A stretch of 64,000 bases of DNA, taken from IMG/VR virus record IMGVR_UViG_3300034106_001169. One strand, 5' to 3'. This document shows, in pieces, positions 8,329-16,300 of the stretch; position 1 is the stretch's first letter, and every line of letters begins with the position of its first letter. The notes below the pieces were generated by a model. The model made no database searches. It was not told the origin of the DNA and saw nothing but the letters and a program-made list of their open reading frames with translations. The position numbers were made by a program, and so were the translations under genes. The DNA is from a virus (lineage: Duplodnaviria; Heunggongvirae; Uroviricota; Caudoviricetes).

Positions 8329-9322
8329 TGTTATTTTTATTTTGTAGAGCTGTTACTCTATTATCAATTTCTTGAATTGCTTTTAATACAACTGCTAATG
8401 TATTAGTTGTATCCATTACGTTATGATCTGGAGTTGCTAATTCTTCTGGAGTATCTTCTGCTATGAATCCAATATGTTCAATTTGTGTATGTTCTCCACT
8501 TTCAAAATCCCAAGTGACTATTTCTGTGCTCTTTATAATTTCTGTAGCATCTTTAGTGAATGGTTCAATTTCTTTTTTCATACTTCTTGTAGAAGAGTTA
8601 AAGAAAAATGCACCACCTAAGCCAGCATTACTTGCCCAACCAAAGTTAAATCCAAACCATACAGGACCATATGTACCTGCAATTCCTTTATATGCATCAC
8701 CAGGCATATAAAATCTATAAGCAGTTTGCCAAGTTGTGGTTGAAGTTGGATATGTAAATGTTACATCTCCTCCAACATTAAGGTTTTGGTTATAGCTAGC
8801 TGATGTACCTGTAGGTCCTTGTGGTCCTGTTGCACCAGTTGGACCTTTAGGTCCTTGAGGTCCTTGAGGTCCTGTAGGACCTGTAGGTCCTGGGGCTCCT
8901 GTTGGACCTGTAGCTCCAGCTGAACCTGATGTTCCACTAGAACCACCTACTCCTGTTGGACCTTGTGCTCCTACAGCACCCTGAGGACCTGTACCACCTT
9001 GTACAGCACTTGTTCCTGAGGAACCAGATGTACCAGATGTTCCTGAAGACCCTGAGCTTGCTGACGTACCAGCTGAGCCTGAAGTTCCAGATGATCCTGA
9101 AGTTGCAGATGTACCATGTGTACCTGAGCTTGCTGAAGAACCACTAGTACCACTTGTGCCAGAACTAGCAGATGCACCAGAGGTTCCATTCTTACCAGCC
9201 AATTCAACGTTCCATGTATTGTATGATCCTGCATCACCTGTGTATTCAAGTGGGGTTACCACTAAACTACCAGTGACATCATCATAACTTACAACTCTTC
9301 CATGTATAAATGCATTAGCCAT
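8321..9322 (-). CDS. Collagen-like tail fibre with C-terminal S74-like intramolecular chaperone domain
   Basis: VVSYDDVTGSLVVTP…TWNVELAG N-module, Gly-X-Y run, C-terminal SSTRSMKKEIEPF…IGFIAEDTPEE…EIDNRVTALQNK. Overlaps the upstream gene by 8 nt. Confidence 0.75.
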   Translation of the reverse strand: MANAFIHGRVVSYDDVTGSLVVTPLEYTGDAGSYNTWNVELAGKNGTSGASASSGTSGTSGSSASSGTHGTSATSGSSGTSGSAGTSASSGSSGTSGTSGSSGTSAVQGGTGPQGAVGAQGPTGVGGSSGTSGSAGATGPTGAPGPTGPTGPQGPQGPKGPTGATGPQGPTGTSASYNQNLNVGGDVTFTYPTSTTTWQTAYRFYMPGDAYKGIAGTYGPVWFGFNFGWASNAGLGGAFFFNSSTRSMKKEIEPFTKDATEIIKSTEIVTWDFESGEHTQIEHIGFIAEDTPEELATPDHNVMDTTNTLAVVLKAIQEIDNRVTALQNKNNNA

Positions 9323-9336
9323 AATTTCTTTTTATT

Positions 9337-9729
9337 TTATATTGCACAAGTTAATGAACAATCTGTTCCAGCTGATGCTGCACCTGTTAAATCAACAACA
9401 GGTGTCCCTGCTCCTGTACCAAAGTTAACTTTATATACAAATCCATCACCTATGTTATAATAAAAACCATTAGTTTTTAATGTTGGAGAAACTGCAAGTA
9501 ATCCTGTTGAGAATGTTCCACATCCAGGACAATTGATTTTATCTACATCATAATAATATACAGCTGCAGTAGTAGTTGTAGTTGTTGTGGGTGTAGCAGT
9601 TGTGGTCGTTGTAGTTGTAGGTGTTGCAGTGGTTGTTGTGGTAGTAGTGGGTACATACACGTTTACAAAATCATTTGCAACAAATCTTAAACCTGGCTGA
9701 ACTTGGAATGTTAAATCTGCGTATGGCAT
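9337..9729 (-). CDS. Short fibre-related protein: fibre N-terminal motif, poly-Thr linker, small Cys-containing C-terminal domain
   Basis: MPYADLTFQVQPGLRFVANDFVNVYVP matches the start of the fibre N-module. Then (TTTTTTTATP)x3 encoded by a tandem ACN repeat at about 9590..9665, then a roughly 70 aa domain with CPGCG. Confidence 0.45.
   Translation of the reverse strand: MPYADLTFQVQPGLRFVANDFVNVYVPTTTTTTTATPTTTTTTTATPTTTTTTTAAVYYYDVDKINCPGCGTFSTGLLAVSPTLKTNGFYYNIGDGFVYKVNFGTGAGTPVVDLTGAASAGTDCSLTCAI
9590..9665 (-). repeat. Tandem 30-nt ACN-rich repeat encoding (TTTTTTTATP)x3
   Basis: Three near-identical units seen directly in 9337..9729; a slippage-prone tract. Confidence 0.6.
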
Positions 9730-9732
9730 AAC

Positions 9733-11334
9733 TTATGTTAAAGGTAAGGTTTGTGTTGTTCCTGAAGTTCCATTATATGTTGATGAATCACCAGAGGTTG
9801 CTGCAGTTCCTGAAGAAGCTGAAGTACCTGATGTTCCACTTGATCCACTAGAAGCACTTGTACCTGAACTACCATCTGTTCCATTAGTTCCACTTGATCC
9901 AGATGTAGCTGAGCTACCACTAGTTCCTGATGAGCCATCAGTTCCAGAACTACCACTCGATGCTGAAGTACCTGAAGTACCACTCACACCAATGAAGTTG
10001 AAATAGAATGCATCGTTAGCACTAGGATCTGGACCACCACTAGCAAGTTGTGTTACAGTGTAATCTTCATAGCCTGATACAAAAGGTGTATTACTTACAA
10101 TTCTTAAAAACTTATAAGTTGCAACATTACTTGAGCTTTGTAATTTAATAATTGAGTTTGCTCCAATAAAGTTTAAATATGTAGAGAAGTTTACATTTGG
10201 ATTGTATGCAGTGTCACTGATGGCAATATTTGTTACAGTTTCACTCCAAGAGTTAATATCTAATCTAAAGAATGTACTACCTGGGTTTACAGATGTGTCA
10301 GGATTTATACTATATAACCACTCTGCTAAGAATCCATCAGCACCTTGGTTACCACTTGTACCAGCTGAAGCTGATGTTCCTGAACTAGCACTTGTTCCAG
10401 ACGTACCACTTGACCCATCTGTTCCTGACGTACCTGTAGTACCACTAGAGCCATCTGTTCCAGATGTTCCACTTGACGCAGATGTACCAGACGTACCATT
10501 AGTTCCAGACGTTCCAGAAGAACCATCTGTACCTGAAGTACCATCACCTCCTGCAGCTCCTGCAAGGTTTACTTCCCAAACAGCAAATGTACCAGATCCA
10601 TTAAATGAATCTATAGTTAATACCATAGCACCTGTTGCTGAATTATAAGAAGTAACAAAACCAATCATGTCGAAGCCTACAGAGTAAGCAACAACCACAC
10701 CTTGACCAATTGTATATGCCAGTCCTAAACCAACAGTTAAATTTTGAGTGCCAACAGCTAATGTTAAACTAGTAGTAGATGTAGTCTTATATAAGTCACC
10801 AGAGTTACCAGATGTAGCTGCAGTTCCTGAGCTTCCACTTGTGCCACTACTTCCATCAGTTCCACTTGTTCCACTAGATCCATCAGTGCCACTAGTGCCT
10901 GAGCTTCCATCAGTACCTGTAGTTCCAGACGTACCAGAACTTCCATCAGTGCCTGATGTACCAGAGCTACCATCTGTACCACTTGTTCCAGAGGTTCCAC
11001 TAGACCCATCAGTTCCACTAGTTCCTGATGAACCAGAGGTACCAGAAGATCCATCTGTTCCAGAAGATCCATCAGTACCAGTTGTTCCACTTGTACCACT
11101 TGTTCCACCTGTTCCACTAGAACCTGAGACAGCAGATGCTACGACAGTCCATGTATTGAATGTACCAGCACCTAAGTAATTGGTAGGATAGAAAACAAAG
11201 ATTCCTGTTACAGGATCATATGTAACCACTTGACCAAAGATGTAGTTGTTCTCATCATGTATCACTTGGACATATTGTCCAGGATAGAATGATCTACCAG
11301 TTTCAATGGTTATGGTAATATTAGCGTAAGGCAT
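9733..11334 (-). CDS. Collagen-like fibre protein (two Gly-X-Y segments, each preceded by a copy of the about 55 aa N-module; no S74 domain)
   Basis: MPYANITITI…NTWTVV, then GSSGTGGTSG…(GTDGSSGTSG)n. A second module, LAYTIGQGVVVAYS…VTSYNSATGAMVL…AVWEVNLAG, is followed by more Gly-X-Y. C-terminal region is non-collagenous and Ser/Thr-rich. Confidence 0.75.
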   Translation of the reverse strand: MPYANITITIETGRSFYPGQYVQVIHDENNYIFGQVVTYDPVTGIFVFYPTNYLGAGTFNTWTVVASAVSGSSGTGGTSGTSGTTGTDGSSGTDGSSGTSGSSGTSGTDGSSGTSGTSGTDGSSGTSGTDGSSGTSGTTGTDGSSGTSGTDGSSGTSGTDGSSGTSGSSGTAATSGNSGDLYKTTSTTSLTLAVGTQNLTVGLGLAYTIGQGVVVAYSVGFDMIGFVTSYNSATGAMVLTIDSFNGSGTFAVWEVNLAGAAGGDGTSGTDGSSGTSGTNGTSGTSASSGTSGTDGSSGTTGTSGTDGSSGTSGTSASSGTSASAGTSGNQGADGFLAEWLYSINPDTSVNPGSTFFRLDINSWSETVTNIAISDTAYNPNVNFSTYLNFIGANSIIKLQSSSNVATYKFLRIVSNTPFVSGYEDYTVTQLASGGPDPSANDAFYFNFIGVSGTSGTSASSGSSGTDGSSGTSGSSATSGSSGTNGTDGSSGTSASSGSSGTSGTSASSGTAATSGDSSTYNGTSGTTQTLPLT

Positions 11335-11360
11335 TTATATTTATTTTATATTTTATAATT

Positions 11361-13148
11361 TTAACAAGCTACACAACTACCTGTGAATGTCATTAATGTT
11401 ATTCCTGCACCTGGAACTTTGTAAACTTGTCTAAAATTAGTTCCATCAGAAACATAAGATGTACCTCCACTTAAAGGGTCAACATCAGGGGAATCAAAAG
11501 AGGTTGAATCACAAAGACCTGTTCCACCATTATAAGTAACTGATGTTAATATAAAGAAAGGTCCAGATTGTGTACAAGCATTAGGACCACTAATTGAAGA
11601 AAAAATCAATGTTGGACCTGGAGCAGCTGTTGTTGTAGTAGATGTTGTACTTGTTGTTGTAGCTTCAGCAGGAGGAATAGTAATTGTACTACCACTTGTA
11701 CCAGCCATCAATGTAGAAATACCTGATGTTGCTGCTGTACCACTAGAACCATCTGTACCTGTAGTTCCTGAAGTTCCACTAGATCCATCTGTACCACTGC
11801 TACCATCTGTTCCTGTTGTGCCTGATGTACCTGAAGAACCATCAGTTCCACTTGTTCCAGTTGTTCCAGAGCTTCCATCAGAACCTGATGTACCTGAAGT
11901 CCCACTTGAACCATCTGTTCCTGTAGTACCACTAGATCCTGATGTACCAGAAGATCCATCTGTGCCACTTGTTCCTGTTGTACCACTTGTACCATTTGAT
12001 CCATCTGTACCACTAGTTCCAGAAGAACCAGATGTTCCAGAAGATCCTGATGTTCCACTAGAGCCATCAGTTCCAGAACTGCCACTTGTACCTGAAGAAG
12101 CTGAAGTTCCAGAAGAACCATCAGTTCCTGTTGTACCAGATGAGCCATCTGTACCAGTTGTACCTGAAGTACCTGTAGATCCTGAAGTACCTGTAGTACC
12201 ACTAGTTCCACTTGAACCTGATGTACCACTTGAACCTGCACCACCTGTGGCACCATTCAAGTTAATTTGCCATGAGCTATATGTTCCACCACCTATTATT
12301 ATTGTAGGAGCATCAAAATTAAGTGCACCTGTAGCACTGTTATAAGAAATTACATTACACTCTTGATAGTTGTTAATATCATGAGCAATAATAATTGCTT
12401 GACCAACAGTGTAAGCTAAACCAAGACTCACTTGTAAAGTACCAGCATTACCTAATGTGAATGTTTGTACTGAGAAGGTTGCATATCTATCACCTGTAAA
12501 ACCTGAAGATCCAGATGTACCAGCTGAACCTGAAACACCACCAGAACCACTTGAGCCTGATGTACCAGCACTGCCAGAAGTTCCTGTAGAACCTGACGTA
12601 CCACTAGAGGCAGATGAACCAGAAGTTCCTGCACTACCATCTGTACCAGCAGATCCAGATGTACCAGAAGAGCCAGAGGAAGCAGATGTTCCAGAAGAAC
12701 CTGAGGTACCATGAGAACCAGTTGTACCACTTGTGCCACTTGTACCATGAGAACCAGAAGTACCTGATGAACCTGCTGTACCAGCTGTACCATTTCTACC
12801 ACTAGACCCAGAACTACCTGAAGTGCCAGCTGTACCATTCCTTCCAGAACTACCAGAGGTAGCAGAAGTTCCACTTCTACCAGAAGAACCAGATGTTGCT
12901 GAGGTACCATTAGTACCACTTATTCCATTGGTTCCTGAAACTCCACTAGTTCCATTTCTTCCAGAAGAGCCACTAGTACCAGACGTACCATAGCCAGCTG
13001 ATGCAAAAGCTGCATCAATCTTCTCTAATGCTGTTTGTAAATTGTCGTTGGTATTTATACCAGAGTATACAAGATAGGGGCCTTCGTAGAATACGCAGGT
13101 CGAATCCAATATAACTGGACATGGGGTTGCAGAGCAAGTAACGTTCAT
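11361..13148 (-). CDS. Collagen-like fibre protein with Cys-rich N-terminus and C-terminal Thr-rich/Cys domain
   Basis: MNVTCSATPCPV… N-terminus, Gly-X-Y runs ([13 protein letters not shown]…), internal module LAYTVGQAIIIAHD…VISYNSATGALNF…SSWQINLNG, more Gly-X-Y, then TTSTTSTTTT and a Cys-containing C-terminus. Confidence 0.75.
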   Translation of the reverse strand: MNVTCSATPCPVILDSTCVFYEGPYLVYSGINTNDNLQTALEKIDAAFASAGYGTSGTSGSSGRNGTSGVSGTNGISGTNGTSATSGSSGRSGTSATSGSSGRNGTAGTSGSSGSSGRNGTAGTAGSSGTSGSHGTSGTSGTTGSHGTSGSSGTSASSGSSGTSGSAGTDGSAGTSGSSASSGTSGSTGTSGSAGTSGSSGSGGVSGSAGTSGSSGFTGDRYATFSVQTFTLGNAGTLQVSLGLAYTVGQAIIIAHDINNYQECNVISYNSATGALNFDAPTIIIGGGTYSSWQINLNGATGGAGSSGTSGSSGTSGTTGTSGSTGTSGTTGTDGSSGTTGTDGSSGTSASSGTSGSSGTDGSSGTSGSSGTSGSSGTSGTDGSNGTSGTTGTSGTDGSSGTSGSSGTTGTDGSSGTSGTSGSDGSSGTTGTSGTDGSSGTSGTTGTDGSSGTDGSSGTSGTTGTDGSSGTAATSGISTLMAGTSGSTITIPPAEATTTSTTSTTTTAAPGPTLIFSSISGPNACTQSGPFFILTSVTYNGGTGLCDSTSFDSPDVDPLSGGTSYVSDGTNFRQVYKVPGAGITLMTFTGSCVAC

Positions 13149-13196
13149 AGTGATAATGTGTTATGTGTAATCTATTGATATACAAAGAAGTGCATC

Positions 13197-13230
13197 AAAC
13201 TTATAGAATGTGCACTAATTATAGCAAAAA
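13197..13230 (-). promoter_or_regulatory. Candidate Bacteroidota-type sigma-A promoter (-33 TTTG / -7 TAnnTTTG) upstream of fibre gene 11361..13148
   Basis: Minus-strand reading: TTTTTG, a 21-nt spacer, TAAGTTTG, then about 45 nt to the ATG. This is one of the few intergenic gaps over 100 nt (13149..13300). Confidence 0.3.
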
Positions 13231-13300
13231 TAGTGAATTTAATTTATTTTCAATGAGTTAGGAAAATTATTCCTACATAATATAGCAATAACTATACTGT

Positions 13301-16300
13301 TTATTTACCAAATGGTTTAGCTTCAGATTGTGCCTTCATACCCAGATCTTTAGCTATGTCTGGATAGAACATTAACAGAACAGCATCTACTTGTGAGGCT
13401 ATAGGGAATCCTTTTAATAAGTATTTAATCACTTGAGTTTTCTCTGCCTTCTCTTCATCTCCTACTCCCAGAGCGTACATCTCTGTACCAAAGTTTAGGA
13501 ATAGCTTCTTGAAGTTATCTAAGTAACTTATTGCTGGGAAGATACCTGATGTGGTTAGGCTTAAGAATGATGTTGGATTGTAGAAATAAGCAACCTCATC
13601 TCTAATCTTATCCATCACTCTAAGCATATACTTATATCTATTCTTTGTGGCTTTATCGTCATCATCATCATCTGGCTGTGCAACTTTAGCTCCTATGATT
13701 AATGTAGACAATGCAAGATAGAACATGAAGTCTGTCATTTGATTACGTATGTTACTACTAACCAATTCTACAAACTCACCCTCTGTCATCCTTAGTTCTT
13801 TACCTGTATCTTTCTCATAGTCAGATCTTTTTGATTCATAAAGTCTCTTTATTTGATCGACAAACTTTTGGTCATCTCCTTTTATAGAACTCATTAAGCT
13901 ATCAACAGAACCCATAAAGTCTTCTGTTAGAAGTCTGAACATGTTTCTAGTTCTACCCCACTCATAAGCTTCTGTAGCTGAGTTATATTTTAAGTTACCA
14001 AATCTTACATCTACAAGTCTTGGTATCCAGTTCTTGAACACCATGAATGACTTACCATATATATTTAAGTTAATCTTTCTAAGGTCATCCTCAGATAGAT
14101 TACCTAATGCATCTTTAGTGATAGCCTGTACCTTTCTTCTAAGTTCAATCACACTATCAGACTTTCTATCCAAACCATCCACTACAAGCTCATTACCTTC
14201 AACTCTAGCTAGTTTTAAAAAGCCTTTCTCATCAATTAATCTCTTTACTTCTGTATCAAACTTTTCTTTTAATTGACTTCTTTCTTCAGCTGTACCTGTA
14301 AACATATTAGCAAACTCTGGCTGTTTCTTAAGATATTCTCTTACATTAAACACCTTACCATCTTCTACAATAGAGTTCTCTAGATAACTAAAGAAGTTAA
14401 TAGACTGCACATATTGATCTCCAGTTCTCATCAAAATCATTAAGAAGTCTTGTATTCCTTCTTGACTAAACTTACTAACAGATAATTGCTTAGCAAGAAT
14501 GTTGTTGTAGTTTTCTGTCAAAGGTTGAAAGTATTGAAGAGCTCCAACATATTTCTTAGAGTCTATTCCATTCATCTTTTGAGCCATCATAAACTCATTA
14601 CGTACAAAGTCTGCCTTTGTGAAGAATTTACCAGCATTGATATAACTTTGGAAGCTACCTCCCAAGAAGTTTGATAATGCTGAGATAGGATTTAATCCTA
14701 ATGTCTTCATTTGGAATACAGTATTTAACTGTGTGATTGTCTTGTTCAAAGATATCTGAGCATCATCATAGTCTTCAGTAAATATCTTTCTACCTAATAC
14801 TTTGTTTGCTCTCTTACCAAAGTTTGCTATACCTCCTAATAACTGATCAAAGTTTTCACTCTCTACATACTTCTGACCATATACAATAGCTGCCATCATG
14901 TCTCTTACAAGCTTAGTGTTGTCAGAGTTGTCTGATGTAGTTTCAAGTGTACCATCAGGTCTATATTTAGTTTTACCAAAGTAGGATGTCTTTATGGCTT
15001 CTTTGTTTGACTCAACCTTAATAATCACATTTAACTGGTGCTCAATGTTACTTAAATACTCATAACGAATGGCCATGTTATTTAACAGAGTCATGTTTCT
15101 GAACAAGTCTTCACTTGCTTCTTCTACAGTTTCTCTAGTGAAATATTTAGGAATAGAATATACTGGCTCTTTAGTAATAGGATCTATCTCACCATAACCT
15201 ACGTCTCCTTCTGTGATAGTTATGTTTCTTAACAAAGACTCACCAAGTTTATACTCACCACCCATTACAATCTTCTCTGTAAGACTCTTTCTTACAAATG
15301 GTAAAAACACCCTAGCATCTCTACTATTAATATATTTGATTCCCACTAGATATTCATTTCTACCTTTAATATAATCAAAGAACTCTTTAGCAGGTTTGTT
15401 CTCTGGTTTGTTAAGTTCTTTCCATGCTTCAGACTCCCATCTCTCCGCCTTGGGAAACTTACTAACAAACTCATACAATAACCAACCAGGAGAATCAGTT
15501 GTTGATGTATTGTATAAAGCATTAACATCAGCAACCTCTCTCTTCTTCTCTTTGTTTATACTTTCTTCATCACCAAATCTAGGTTTATCTTCTATTCTCT
15601 TAAATTCTTTTTCCTTCTGTTCTTTTAAGAATTCATTATACTTTGATACATCAATGTTATCTCTAACCCATTGTGTATCTTTCTCAGCAATCTTACTCTT
15701 CAAAGTTTCGTAGAACTCAGAACTAAACTCATTTATTAATTCATTCTTGTTCTTCTTCTTGATAATATCAAAGTAGTTTTTGTTTGTAAGCCCCTTAGAC
15801 TTAGCCCACTTATCATACTTCTCTTTAATAGCTAAAAGTTTGTTTCCTTGTTCTGACGTTTCAATAGACGCAAGACCAAAGGCTCTGTTAGCCATCTTAT
15901 ATAAAATCTCAGCAGACTTAAGCTGTATTACAGACGTAGAGTTAAATAACTTACTAAATCCTTTAATAACCTTCTCAGGTTTTAATAAGTCCATAACGTT
16001 TACATCTTTTGCAATAACATTCTCAGCAAAGTCTTTTCTTACTTCTTCAAGATCTGCTTCTAACTCATTTGCACTTTCTGCAGTGTCTCTAATGTCTTGC
16101 CACAATGCTTGATCTTTCTCAGACAAGTCTTTCTTGAACAAAGACTTTAAGTCTGTTGCCAAAGATGTATAAACCATCAGAGAGGTTTCATAAGATAGGA
16201 TTCTATCAGATAGGTCATTCTTTTGTTTATCTGTAAATGCTCCTGGATCTTTACCTTTCCACTCATTATTATATGTATCTATAACTCTTTGAACGTCAGC

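Noticed and set aside
5830-13148. Possibility that the regular short repeats are a CRISPR array
   Set aside because: Repeats are 9-nt-periodic degenerate codon repeats inside ORFs, not 25 to 40 nt direct repeats separated by unique spacers. No cas genes are present.
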